Source: Verrucomicrobiota bacterium (GTDB lineage Bacteria; Verrucomicrobiota; Verrucomicrobiia; Limisphaerales; CANJSG01). From it: a DNA stretch of 64,000 nucleotides. Shown here piece after piece: positions 39,257 to 49,077 of this stretch. The stretch is taken from contig JBBQXJ010000002.1 of NCBI GenBank assembly GCA_038209745.1, positions 64,001 to 128,000 of the forward strand, written 5' to 3'. A program made the position numbers and the translations under genes. A model generated the notes under the pieces. The model searched no databases. It saw nothing but the letters and a program-made list of their open reading frames with translations, and had not been told where the DNA came from. Numbering within the stretch: the stretch's first letter is position 1; each line of letters opens with the position of its first letter.

Positions 39257-41548
39257 TCATTTTTCTGCCTGCAACGGCTGGGCGCGATTCCGGCTGAGCG
39301 CGGCCAGATCGGCTAGAATATTGCGGGCTTCCAAGAGGTGCGCATCGGGAGGGGGATGGCCGATGGATTCTTCGAGATCTTCCTCGTTCTTCGCTTCGTT
39401 GGGATCCTCGATCTTGATGATGCCGTCGTTTTTCGGCGCCCAGAGGGAAAGCGAGGGTTTGCCAATGTTCTGCAGGGTGATTTCGAAGACGGTGGCTGGG
39501 TCCGGTTTGTGGGCCTTGTGTTCGGCCTTTCGGGCCTCGTCACGGCGCTTGATTTCGTCCTTCTCTTTCCGGCGTTCCTTTTCGTTCAGGGAGACTGTCT
39601 TGTCGGCCAACATCTTCTTGAACCGGGTGATGTCTTCCTCGATGAAGACGAAGTCGCGGCTCTTGGCGACCCGGTCTTCGGATTTGGCGTGCAGGCGGGC
39701 GACCACGGGGGCGATGCGGTTTTCGGAATCGTATTTGGCCGAAGGAATCGAGTCGGCCTGGAGGGCGTCGTCGAGTTCGGACTCGCCGACCTCGGCGTAG
39801 TTGTTGACGGAGGGAAGGACGATGTCGGGAGTCACGCCCTTCAGTTGGGTGGTGTCTCCGTTGACGCGGTAGAATTTGCGGATGGTCAGCTTCAGAGCGC
39901 CCGGATTGGTGTCGAATTCGAAGCCGCGCTGGCGGCTCATGAGTCGGTCCAGCGCGATCAACTGCTGCACGGTTCCCTTGCCGTGGGTGGTCGAGTCGCC
40001 GACCACGATCGCGCGGCCGTAGTCCTGGAGCGCTGCGGCCACGATCTCCGAGGCGGACGCGCTGAACCGGCTGGTCAACACCATCAAAGGTCCGTCCCAC
40101 AGCACGGAATCGTCCGTGTCCTCGTCCACGAAGATGGCTCCATTGGCGTCCTTGATCTGAACCACGGGGCCTTTCTTGATGAAGAGGCCGGTCAGGTTGA
40201 TGGCTTCCTCAAGGGAACCGCCGCCGTTGTTGCGCAGGTCGAGGACGATGCCCTCGACGCCTTCCAGCTTCAGACGGGTGATGAGCTTGGAACAGTCGGT
40301 CGTGGTGCTCTTGTGCTCACCCTTGGAAGGCCCGGAGAGTTCGAAGTCGGCGTAGAACGAGGGGAGATCGATAAGGCCGATCCGGTTGGTGTGGCCGCTG
40401 GAATCGGTCTGCTCATAGATGCGGGCCTTGGCTTCGGCGCCCTCCAGTTTGATTTCGTCGCGGATCAGGCTGACGACCCTTCGCTCGGTGGAATCGGTGG
40501 CGTCCACCGGGATCAAGGTGAGGCGGACTTCGGTGCCTTTGTCGCCCCGGATCTTTTCGACGACGGTCTGGAGTTTTTCCCCGACCACGTCCATTGGTTC
40601 GCCGTTGCCCTGGGCGACGGCCACGATCTTGTCGCCGGGCTTGATCTTCTGGCTCTTCTTGGCGGGACCGTTGTGGAGTTCGACGATCTTCACGAAGTCG
40701 TCGTCCAGCTGGAGGAGCGCACCGATGCCGAAGAGCGAGAGCTTCATGTTGATCTCGAAGTTCTTCAACTGGGAGCGGGTCATGTAGTCCGAATGCGGAT
40801 CCATGACGTGGGTCATGGAGGAGAGATAGATGCCGAAGACCTCGTCGTCGCTCAGTTCGTGGATCATCCGGCTGTAGCGCTTGTAGCGGCTCATCAGGGT
40901 TTTCACCACTTCCTGATCGGGAGTGAGATTTTCCTTGGGCGGTGAATTTGTGGTCGAAGCGGCTGTCGCCGAATCCTTCTGGTTCAGCTTTTCCTGGAGG
41001 TATTCGAAGCGGAGATGCTGGTGCCAGAGCTTGCGGGCGGCCTCGATGTCCTTGGGCCGGTCGGCGCCCTTGCGGTTGGCAAGATACCGGTCGTTGTCGT
41101 CGAAGGTGAAGGTTTCCGTCTGGAGCTGGTTGGTGGCCAGCCGGACCCGCTCGTCAACCCGTGCGAGAAAGCGGTTGAAGATCTCCTTGCACGGAGTCAG
41201 GTCGCCGTTGCGGGTCAGGTCGTCGAGGCGGGTGCGGTATTTTTCGAAGTCCGAGATGTCGCTCTCCAGGAAGTGGATGTTGGCCGCGTCGAGGGCCTTG
41301 AGATAGAGCGTGAGGAACTTGGCCGAAGCCTCGTCATCCAGTTTTCTCCGGGCGAAGTGCGACTGCTCAAGGAAGATCGAGACGAACCGCGCGACGTTGG
41401 TTTCGGTGATGCCGAAACCTTCGCGCTCCGCCGCTGCGGCCTTGGCGGGCTCGGCGGCGTGTGGCTGCACCACGATCCACAGGACGGACGACAGGGTCGC
41501 CACCGAGAGCAGGGCGGCGATCGCCCGGGAAAACGGATTGAATTTCAT
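39257..41548 (-). CDS. prc: Carboxy-terminal processing protease (Prc/Tsp, S41A)
   Basis: DPHSDY, PDZ GIGALL, LDLRNNGGGSL, SASASEI, THGKGTVQ, TQLKGVTPDI. Confidence 0.93.
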   Translation of the reverse strand: MKFNPFSRAIAALLSVATLSSVLWIVVQPHAAEPAKAAAAEREGFGITETNVARFVSIFLEQSHFARRKLDDEASAKFLTLYLKALDAANIHFLESDISDFEKYRTRLDDLTRNGDLTPCKEIFNRFLARVDERVRLATNQLQTETFTFDDNDRYLANRKGADRPKDIEAARKLWHQHLRFEYLQEKLNQKDSATAASTTNSPPKENLTPDQEVVKTLMSRYKRYSRMIHELSDDEVFGIYLSSMTHVMDPHSDYMTRSQLKNFEINMKLSLFGIGALLQLDDDFVKIVELHNGPAKKSQKIKPGDKIVAVAQGNGEPMDVVGEKLQTVVEKIRGDKGTEVRLTLIPVDATDSTERRVVSLIRDEIKLEGAEAKARIYEQTDSSGHTNRIGLIDLPSFYADFELSGPSKGEHKSTTTDCSKLITRLKLEGVEGIVLDLRNNGGGSLEEAINLTGLFIKKGPVVQIKDANGAIFVDEDTDDSVLWDGPLMVLTSRFSASASEIVAAALQDYGRAIVVGDSTTHGKGTVQQLIALDRLMSRQRGFEFDTNPGALKLTIRKFYRVNGDTTQLKGVTPDIVLPSVNNYAEVGESELDDALQADSIPSAKYDSENRIAPVVARLHAKSEDRVAKSRDFVFIEEDITRFKKMLADKTVSLNEKERRKEKDEIKRRDEARKAEHKAHKPDPATVFEITLQNIGKPSLSLWAPKNDGIIKIEDPNEAKNEEDLEESIGHPPPDAHLLEARNILADLAALSRNRAQPLQAEK

Positions 41549-42252
41549 TACTTGGCCGCTTTGGCTACTTCGAGCAGTTCGATTTCAAACACGAGCACCG
41601 CGTTGGGCGGAATGTCCGCTCCGGCGCCTTGAGGACCGTAGGCGAGGTCCGACGGGATGACCAACTGCCACTTCGATCCGACCGGCATCAACTGCAACGC
41701 CTCGGTCCAGCCCTTGATCACGCCGTTGACCGGGAAGGTGGCCGGCTCGTTGCGCTTGTAGGAGCTGTCGAACTCGGTGCCATCGACCAACGTGCCACGG
41801 TAATGGGTCTTAACGGTGTCCGAGGCCGTGGGCTTAACCCCGTCGCCCTGTTTGATGATCTTGTATTGGAGTCCGCTGGGGAGGACGACGACGCCGTCCT
41901 TCTTCTTGTTGGCCTCCAGGAAGTCCGCGCCTTCCTTGACGGCCTTGTCACCGGCATCCTTGTGCTGGGCCATCATCTTTTCCCGGGCCTTGGTCTGGAA
42001 GGTCTGCATGGTCGTGGCGATCTCTTCCGGAGTGAGCTGGAGCTTGGATCCGGCGAGCGCGTCGCGCAGGCCGGCCGCCAGCTTGTCGACGTCGATCTCG
42101 GCGCCCATTTTCTTCAGGCTTGTTCCGATGTCGGTGCCGATCGAGTAGCTGACCCGGTCGGTATCAGATTGGAGGGAGACTGCGGGCTCGGCGGCAAACG
42201 CGGAGGTGGTGGCGACGAGCATAACGGAGGCGAGAGAGGCTTTGAATGTCAT
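41548..42252 (-). CDS. FKBP-type peptidyl-prolyl isomerase (FkpA/FklB-like)
   Basis: SYSIG, LPSGLQYK, HYRGTLVDGTEFDSSY, VIKGWTEAL, IPSDLAYG. Confidence 0.96.
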   Translation of the reverse strand: MTFKASLASVMLVATTSAFAAEPAVSLQSDTDRVSYSIGTDIGTSLKKMGAEIDVDKLAAGLRDALAGSKLQLTPEEIATTMQTFQTKAREKMMAQHKDAGDKAVKEGADFLEANKKKDGVVVLPSGLQYKIIKQGDGVKPTASDTVKTHYRGTLVDGTEFDSSYKRNEPATFPVNGVIKGWTEALQLMPVGSKWQLVIPSDLAYGPQGAGADIPPNAVLVFEIELLEVAKAAK

Positions 42253-42527
42253 GTAGATGGTTCCACCGGCCGTCCGGTCCCTCAGCGGGCACACAGCTCC
42301 GGCCGGGTGGCTCGCGGAAGCTACCAGTCCCGACTTCGCCGTCAAGGAACGGGCCGGACCAAGTGCCGTTGAGGTGAAAGTTCCGCGGGACGGTTCGCCG
42401 CCGGGTCGGTCTGTAGAATCGTGACGGCCCTCATTTCTTCGTGCCACTTGCCCTGCCGATCCTTCCCGGCGGAGAGTCCGGACTGCCGGCATGGGCAGAC
42501 GGGCCCAACCTCCGGACGCCCACTCCC

Positions 42528-43550
42528 GTGAACCAAGACGAAATCGCCTTCTTCAACCAGCAGCTCTCCGGAATGCTCACGGCGGGCATTCCCCTGGAAG
42601 GCGCGCTTTCCCGGCTCTGTGGCGAGATGAAACGCGGCCTCTGGCGGCGTGAAATCGAATCCCTGAACGCCAAGGTCCAGGCCGGCATGTCGCTGACCGC
42701 GGCGGCGGCGGAATCGCAGCTTCCGCCGCTCTACCGTCGTATGCTGGAGGCCGGTGTCCGCTCGGGAGACCTGCCGCATGTGCTGAACGAATTGGCCGAC
42801 CACTACCGCGATTCCGGCCTCCTCTGGGGCCGGGTCCGTGGGGCGGCTTCATACCCCTTGATCACGCTGTTCGGCGCGGCGGGCCTCTCTCTCGTCCTCT
42901 GCGGGTTGACCTGGAAGCTGCTCGCGGTCGTCGGCGCGCCGTGGGCCGGCGGCGGCTGGAGTGTTCCGAACTTCAACCAGCTCTTCACGGCGCTCTCCAA
43001 AAGTGGCTTCTTCGCCGTCCTGCTGCTCGCGCCGGTGCTTCTGCTGGTGGTCCTGGCCTTGATGGCGCTCCTTTTCTTGACGGTGCCAAGCCTGCGGACG
43101 AAAGCGGCGTGGCGGATGCCGGTCTTCCGGGAAGCCAGTCTCGCCCGGGCCTCGTCGGCCGTCGCCATCGCCCTGCGCCGGAACCTGCCGCTGACCGAGG
43201 CGCTGGCTTTGGCCGAAGCGATGGAACCCATGTCGCCGGCCACCCGGGAATGGAGCCGTTGGCGGCGTGCCATCGAAGCGGGGCAGGGAAAGACCGAAGA
43301 CTTCGCAGCCAAGCAGACGACGTTTCCCAAGGTCTTCGGTTGGCTGCTCGTCAGCAGCGGTGAAGACCTCGCCGCCGGTTTCCATCAGGCGAAGACCGTC
43401 TTCGCCGACCGCGCCCGGGGCCAAGCGGATCGGCTTTTGATCGCGTTGACGCCGGCGCTCCTGCTCTTTGTCGGTGCCCTGCTGGCGATCGAGCTGGTCG
43501 GCGCGATGCGCGTGCTGTCCGACGTGCTGCCTTCGATGCTGTTCAACTGA
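42528..43550 (+). CDS. Type II secretion system F / PilC-like platform protein 1
   Basis: FFNQQLSGMLTAGIPLEGAL, AGMSLTAA, MLEAGVRSGDLPHVL, SYP; GTG start inferred. Confidence 0.85.
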   Translation: MNQDEIAFFNQQLSGMLTAGIPLEGALSRLCGEMKRGLWRREIESLNAKVQAGMSLTAAAAESQLPPLYRRMLEAGVRSGDLPHVLNELADHYRDSGLLWGRVRGAASYPLITLFGAAGLSLVLCGLTWKLLAVVGAPWAGGGWSVPNFNQLFTALSKSGFFAVLLLAPVLLLVVLALMALLFLTVPSLRTKAAWRMPVFREASLARASSAVAIALRRNLPLTEALALAEAMEPMSPATREWSRWRRAIEAGQGKTEDFAAKQTTFPKVFGWLLVSSGEDLAAGFHQAKTVFADRARGQADRLLIALTPALLLFVGALLAIELVGAMRVLSDVLPSMLFN

Positions 43551-43572
43551 CGCGGACCGACCCACTTTCCCT

Positions 43573-44754
43573 ATGACTTCCTCCGAACCAATCCGCTTAC
43601 CGGCCCTTTTGGCCGAGTGGTCGGCCAGTTCGCTCTGGGCGATTCCGCTGTTTCTGATCGTGGTCGTCGTTCTTCTGTTCGCGGCCTTCGTGCTCCATCT
43701 CCTGCTGGGCGCGCCGGCCGCGAGACGGGAACGGGCGCGCTTCTTCCTCCATCTTCTCGCCTGCGGCATGGACCAGGGAAAGTCGCCGGAACGCACCGCC
43801 AGCGAGATCGCCCGGACCCGCACGCTCGATTTGGGCGCACGCTTCCATCTCGTTGCCTCCTACCTGGCGTCGGGGCTGAAGCTCTCGGAGGCGCTGGCCA
43901 AGGTTCCCCGGTTCCTGCCGCCGACGATCCGCGCCATGTTGCAAATCGGCGAAGAGCTGGGGGATGTCCGCAAAGTGATTCCGGGCTGCCGGCTGATCCT
44001 GCAACGGGAAGTGCTCGGACAAGAGGCGGTGTTCTTCATGCCGCTGGTGATGATGTCCGTCGTGCTGCCGGTGGCGGTGGCATGGCTGATCCTGTTCCAA
44101 GGGGTCATCCGGCCCAAGTTCACCGAAATGTTCGGCGGGCTCTCGGACGCAGGCGGTAGCACCGGCCAAGCGTGGGCCGCGTGGCAAGGTCTGCATTACT
44201 GGGGGCCCGTCGCCGTGGCGGGCCTGTTCGTCGTCTGGCTCTTCGTCTGCGGAACGGGCCTCGCGATCGTGGCCGGTCCTCGGATCAATGAACGGTTCGG
44301 GCTCGACCGGTTTACGTGGCTGTTTCCCTGGGTCCGGCACCGGTGCCGTCGGGATTTCGCGGCCATGCTGTCGGTCTTGCTGGATGCCGGTGTTGACGAA
44401 CGGCGGGCGCTGGAGCTCGCCGCCGGCGCGACCGGGCATTCCATCTTTATCCGTCGCGCCGTGCGGGCAGAAGCCACGCTCGTCGGCGGTGCCGGTCTGC
44501 CGCAGGCGATCGAACAGCTGGAAGGGCGGGGCGAATTCTCCTGGCGGATGAACAACGCGCTCCGCTCCGGCGGCGGATTCTTGGAGGCGGTCGCCGGCTG
44601 GGTCACAGCGTTGGAAATGCGGGCCGAACGGGCCGAACGCGCCGCAGCGACGGCGATCGGTGTCGGCGCCGTGCTGTTTCAGGGCCTGGTCGTGGGAGTG
44701 ATGGTCGTCTCCGTCTTCGGCCTGCTCATCGGTCTGGTCGAAACCTACCTATGA
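43573..44754 (+). CDS. Type II secretion system F-like platform protein 2
   Basis: SGLKLSEAL, MLQIGEELGDV, IRPKFTEMF, MLSVLLDAGV, C-terminal TM helix. Confidence 0.8.
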   Translation: MTSSEPIRLPALLAEWSASSLWAIPLFLIVVVVLLFAAFVLHLLLGAPAARRERARFFLHLLACGMDQGKSPERTASEIARTRTLDLGARFHLVASYLASGLKLSEALAKVPRFLPPTIRAMLQIGEELGDVRKVIPGCRLILQREVLGQEAVFFMPLVMMSVVLPVAVAWLILFQGVIRPKFTEMFGGLSDAGGSTGQAWAAWQGLHYWGPVAVAGLFVVWLFVCGTGLAIVAGPRINERFGLDRFTWLFPWVRHRCRRDFAAMLSVLLDAGVDERRALELAAGATGHSIFIRRAVRAEATLVGGAGLPQAIEQLEGRGEFSWRMNNALRSGGGFLEAVAGWVTALEMRAERAERAAATAIGVGAVLFQGLVVGVMVVSVFGLLIGLVETYL

Positions 44755-45131
44755 AACCGACCCGAATCTCGAATCACGGTCGGCGCGGCGGATGGATGAA
44801 CGTCGATCTGCTCGTCGCCATCGCGCTGGTGATGCTGGCGGTGCTGCCGCTGGCCTACGGTCTCGTCGGCGAAAGACGCCTGCTCGACGCCGAACTCCGG
44901 CACGCGGCTCTGGTCGAGTTGCTCGACGGCGAACTGGAGGTGCTGATCGCGGGCGATTGGAGCACCCGGCCCGAGGGTGAATCGGACATCCCGCTGACTG
45001 GCGCCGGCGCGGCGAACTTGGCGGCCGGCCGCTGTGTGCTGGTCAAGGCCGACCACCACCTTCGTCTGGAATGGCGTTCGGCGAAACGCGGCGGCGCGGT
45101 CTCCGTCAGCAAGGAGGCGATCGCACGATGA
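44751..45131 (+). CDS. Pilin/pseudopilin-like protein
   Basis: Basic leader RRGG|WMNVDLLVAIALV followed by a hydrophobic helix. Confidence 0.65.
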   Translation: MKPTRISNHGRRGGWMNVDLLVAIALVMLAVLPLAYGLVGERRLLDAELRHAALVELLDGELEVLIAGDWSTRPEGESDIPLTGAGAANLAAGRCVLVKADHHLRLEWRSAKRGGAVSVSKEAIAR

Positions 45132-45637
45132 AGACGCAGCGGACAAATCGGAGACGGCGGAAGCAGGGCATTTTGATCATCCAGATGATCGTCTACATGG
45201 CGGCCGCGTCGTTGATCGTGACTCTGTCCGTCGTGGCGTTCTGGAACGCGTTCACCGCGGTGCGGAACAACATCGAGACCGGCGAACGCGCCTCGCTGCT
45301 GCTCCGGGCCGGTGAACTTTGGCGCGACGATGTCCGGGCCTCCGCCGGCCGGATCCAGGTCGAATCGACGGAGCAGGGGACCCGCTGCCGAATCGCCGAT
45401 GAAAAGCAGGCGATCGTCTGGACCTGGAACGGCGACCACTTCTCCCGCTCCGTCGAAGGCGCCTCGAAGACCAACATCTGGGCCCACGGATTGGCCGACG
45501 CCCGGTTCATCCGCGAGGAACGGGGCGCGGTCGTGGTCTGGCGACTGGACGCCGCTCTGAAGAAGGTTCGCAAATCGGAACACCATGCCGTCGCGTTCAC
45601 CTTCCGGAGCGTGCCCGCGAGGAAGGAGGCGCCATGA
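45128..45637 (+). CDS. Pilin/pseudopilin-like protein
   Basis: RRRRKQG|ILIIQMIVYMAA class III-like signal. Confidence 0.68.
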   Translation: MKTQRTNRRRRKQGILIIQMIVYMAAASLIVTLSVVAFWNAFTAVRNNIETGERASLLLRAGELWRDDVRASAGRIQVESTEQGTRCRIADEKQAIVWTWNGDHFSRSVEGASKTNIWAHGLADARFIREERGAVVVWRLDAALKKVRKSEHHAVAFTFRSVPARKEAP

Positions 45638-45837
45638 ACGCCGCTCGCCGCCGCCAAGGCTTCGCCACGCTGTCGGTCCTGCTCCTCGCCTTCGCGCTGG
45701 TCGTTCTCGTCATCGGCCTGAGCCGGTATCTGTCGGGCTTCCGCTCGGAAGTCCGGCTGATCGAAACCAAGCAGCGTTCCCGAGTCGCCGTCACGGAGAC
45801 GAACCGTCCGCCGATCTTGCGGCCGGCCGGCGAATGA
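45634..45837 (+). CDS. Small pilin-like protein (67 aa)
   Basis: RRRQG|FATLSVLLLAF; AGGAGG RBS and ATGA overlap with the upstream gene. Confidence 0.62.
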   Translation: MNAARRRQGFATLSVLLLAFALVVLVIGLSRYLSGFRSEVRLIETKQRSRVAVTETNRPPILRPAGE

Positions 45838-45873
45838 GGCAGACCGATAGAACGACAACGGAGCGCCAGCCCG

Positions 45874-46146
45874 ATGAATTCCACTGAAGCCCGCCAGATC
45901 CGGATGTTGGAACAGTCCCTCGACTGTTTCCGATATGGTTTCGTCGGCCTGGTGCCGATCATCGGCGTTCCCTGGGCCGTTGCCGCTGTGCGCGGCTACG
46001 TCCATGCCCGGGCGGCCGGGCGCGACCTGTGGAATCCGGCCGCGCACTTGGCCATGTCCGGATTCGTTCTCGGCCTTTGCGGGATGCTCTGGTTCGCGCT
46101 GCAGTTGCTCGCCCTTGCCGGACTCGTCCTCGCCGGAGCCTCATGA
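45874..46146 (+). CDS. Small two-TM membrane protein
   Basis: FVGLVPIIGVPWAVAA and WNPAA..AMSGFVLG; stop overlaps the next start. Confidence 0.65.
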   Translation: MNSTEARQIRMLEQSLDCFRYGFVGLVPIIGVPWAVAAVRGYVHARAAGRDLWNPAAHLAMSGFVLGLCGMLWFALQLLALAGLVLAGAS

Positions 46147-47810
46147 CCGTTCCACGCCCATGGCTGATCGGCATCCGGGAACTGCGCCGCGCCTCCAAGT
46201 CCCGGGGGCTGTGGATTCGGCGAACCGCTTTCGTCCTGGTCGCGCTTCTCTTGCTCGCCGGCATGGTCCTGCTCCAGGACACGCGAAGCGGCCGGGCCGG
46301 CGTCGGCGGTGGTGTCGTTTTCAACATCGCGGTGGGGTGGGCCTTTCTGGCCGCGCTGGTGAGCGGCCCGGCCTTGGCGGCGGATCTGATCAGCTCCGAA
46401 CGTCGCGACGGCACCCTCGATCTTCTGTTCCTGGCCGGCATCCGTCCCTCGGGCGTCGTGCTGGGCAAGTTGGGCTACGCGGCGACCGAGGTCGTTCCGG
46501 CGTTGATGGCAATGGCGCCGCTGCTGGTCCTGCCGGTGCTGGTGGGCGGAGTGCTCGGAGGCCAGGTCGTCTTCGCCATGGTTGTCCTCTTCCTCACGGC
46601 GGTCTGGTCGTTGACGGTTGCGCTCTTCTTTTCCGCGCTGTTCCGCAACGGCCGTGTGGCGACGGGCTTCTCTCTCGTAACACTTGTCGCGGTGGTTGCG
46701 GTCTGCCGCTGGAAAGTGGCAGGAGCGCCCTTGGCGGAACGGCTGGCTCCATGTCTCTCGCCGGGAGAAGCGATGGCCCTCGTCACCGGACTTCCAGGAA
46801 GCACGCTGGTGCATGAAGCGGCTGGATTGGCCGGGTGGCACGCCCTCGGGATCGTTGTCTGGCTGGCCCTGGCTTGTGCCGCCGCCGAGTTGATCCGGCT
46901 TCCTTGGACCGTCGGCCTCGGCGAACGCCTGACCCGTTGGGCGTCCAAGGTGCGCAATCCCGATCGGAACCGTCGACCCACCGGCTGGAGACGCTCTTTG
47001 CTCGAACGCGAACCTCTTGCCTGGCTCATTCTCCGGGAACGTTTCTCGGGCCTGGCCCTCTTGGCCGTCGTCGGACTGATCACGATGATGTGGTCCGTGT
47101 CCCTCTGGTTTCAGACCAACTACTGGCTCGGTTCACCGGAGGTCACGCTGGGCGTGACCATCGCTCTGATGGGCATGGTGAAGCTCTGGCTGGCGCTCGA
47201 CACCACCCGGCGCCTCGCCGAGGACCGTGGGAGCGGCGCGCTCCAGGTGATCCTGACCACGGGCATGGCGGCGGACGAAGTGATCCGCGGGCTCGAACGC
47301 GGGTTGTTCCGCCGCTACCTGTTGCCGGTGCTCACCGTGGTCGGTCTCGCCGCCGGCGGTGGTGCGCTGCTGCTGATCTCCGGGCGGAACGGCGGCATGG
47401 CCTTTCTGGTCCTCGTGCTGGCGGTGATCGTGTTCGGCTTCGATGCGTTCGCGCTGACCTGGACCGGGCTCTACGACGGACTGACCCAGCGCAACGCCTC
47501 GCGCGCTCTCGTCGCCACCGTGCTGAAGACGCTCCTGATTCCCTGGCTGGTCCTCGGCCCCGTCGTCGCCGTCATCGCCACCGCCGTGGGTCCGTCCGTC
47601 GACATCGTCCTGCTTGCCGGCGCCTGTTGGTTCGCCGTCAGCTTCCTGACGGATGGAATCCTCGTCGCGACGTCCGGCCCGGGACTGGCGGACCGGTTGC
47701 ATCACTGCGCCATCGGGCTCGACGAAACACCCCGATCGCTCTGGCGCCGTTTCTTCGGGTTCGGGGAGGTCGGATCCTTGTCCCCGCCCGTCGCCGATCT
47801 GCCTTCATGA
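46143..47810 (+). CDS. ABC-2-type permease-like polytopic membrane protein
   Basis: RELRRASK, ADLISSERRDGTLDLLFL..VVLGKL, second copy EDRGSGALQVILTT. Confidence 0.8.
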   Translation: MTVPRPWLIGIRELRRASKSRGLWIRRTAFVLVALLLLAGMVLLQDTRSGRAGVGGGVVFNIAVGWAFLAALVSGPALAADLISSERRDGTLDLLFLAGIRPSGVVLGKLGYAATEVVPALMAMAPLLVLPVLVGGVLGGQVVFAMVVLFLTAVWSLTVALFFSALFRNGRVATGFSLVTLVAVVAVCRWKVAGAPLAERLAPCLSPGEAMALVTGLPGSTLVHEAAGLAGWHALGIVVWLALACAAAELIRLPWTVGLGERLTRWASKVRNPDRNRRPTGWRRSLLEREPLAWLILRERFSGLALLAVVGLITMMWSVSLWFQTNYWLGSPEVTLGVTIALMGMVKLWLALDTTRRLAEDRGSGALQVILTTGMAADEVIRGLERGLFRRYLLPVLTVVGLAAGGGALLLISGRNGGMAFLVLVLAVIVFGFDAFALTWTGLYDGLTQRNASRALVATVLKTLLIPWLVLGPVVAVIATAVGPSVDIVLLAGACWFAVSFLTDGILVATSGPGLADRLHHCAIGLDETPRSLWRRFFGFGEVGSLSPPVADLPS

Positions 47811-48892
47811 ACTCTGCCTCCGCCCAGTCCGAAGTGGACGACGCCGCGATTCGCCGGACCGTGGAACTGCTCCGCGAAGCCGAAGCCGCCCGGGCCAGCG
47901 ACATCCATCTGCAACTCGACCGCGCCGGCGCCGCCAGCGTCGCGCTCCGCATCGACGGCCTCCTGGTCCAACGCGATTCGCTGCCGACGGGACTGGCCGA
48001 ACGCGTCTTCGGTCGGATCAAGTTTCTGGCCCGGCTGAAGACCTATCAGGAATCGCTGCCGCAGGACGGGCGCATGGCGAAGGACGATCTCGGCATCGCC
48101 CACGATGTCCGCGTGGCCACCTACCCGACCGTCATCGGCGAACGGATCGTGCTCCGGCTCTTCAGTCCTGGCGGCGCGCTGAAGCTGGAGGAACTGGGCC
48201 TGGAACCGGCGGCGGTCGAGTCGATCTCCGGCTTTCTCCGGCAACCCGGCGGTCTCCTGCTCTTGACCGGCCCGGCCGGCAGCGGCAAGACCACGACCAT
48301 CTACGCCTGCCTGCGTTACCTCGCGAAGCAGGGTGGCCGGCACATCGTCACCGTCGAGGATCCCGCGGAGCAGATCCTTCCCGGCATCACCCAGACCGAG
48401 GTGAACGAAGCGCGCGGGCTCAACTACGCCGCCGCCGCGCGGCACCTGCTCCGCCAAGATCCGCAGGTGCTGGTCATCGGCGAAATCCGCGACGAAGACA
48501 CCGCCCGCATCGCGGTGCGCGCCGGACTGACCGGCCATCTGGTGATCGCCACGCTCCATGCCGGCTCCTGTCGAGGGGTGGTGGATCGACTGCTGACGCT
48601 CTGTCCCGATCCATCGGCCGTGGCGGCGGCGGTGGGAATGATCTTCAACCAACGACTCCTGCGCCGCACCTGCGTCCACTGCGGCGGAAAGGGCTGCGCG
48701 GAGTGTTCCGACACAGGCTGCAAGGGCCGGGTGCCGATCGCGGAATGGTGGAAGGCCAACGCCACGCTGGAGCTGGCATCGCTTCAACCCGTCCGTCGTC
48801 TGCGCGAAGCCGCTCGTCAATTGGTGGGGGCCGGTATGGTCGCCGATTCGGAGTTGATCCGGGCGTTGGGTGCGGACACGGGGATGACTTGA
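47807..48892 (+). CDS. Minimal GspE/PulE family assembly ATPase
   Basis: ASDIHL, LPQDGR, Walker A GPAGSGKTT, TVEDP, LRQDPQVLVIGEIRD, TGHLVIATLH, tetra-Cys; ~361 aa with no N-terminal domain. Confidence 0.93.
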   Translation: MNSASAQSEVDDAAIRRTVELLREAEAARASDIHLQLDRAGAASVALRIDGLLVQRDSLPTGLAERVFGRIKFLARLKTYQESLPQDGRMAKDDLGIAHDVRVATYPTVIGERIVLRLFSPGGALKLEELGLEPAAVESISGFLRQPGGLLLLTGPAGSGKTTTIYACLRYLAKQGGRHIVTVEDPAEQILPGITQTEVNEARGLNYAAAARHLLRQDPQVLVIGEIRDEDTARIAVRAGLTGHLVIATLHAGSCRGVVDRLLTLCPDPSAVAAAVGMIFNQRLLRRTCVHCGGKGCAECSDTGCKGRVPIAEWWKANATLELASLQPVRRLREAARQLVGAGMVADSELIRALGADTGMT

Positions 48893-49077
48893 GCCGTGTC
48901 CTTCAAGCCAGCCGCAGAGCGGCGAAGAACCGTGGGTCTCAGCGCGAGCCGTCGATATTGACCAACCGACTGGCCTCGATCGGATATAGCGGCGGGCGTC
49001 CCGCCGCCACAATTGAAGAAGGGCGACAGCCATCTTCGCGATGGCGGGGCAGGGGGCTCTGTGCGAAGACTCCGACG

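Noticed and set aside
47653..49077. Apparent 879-aa fusion extending the aminotransferase upstream
   Set aside because: The extension overlaps gspE in another frame and is low-complexity; the real start is near 49078.
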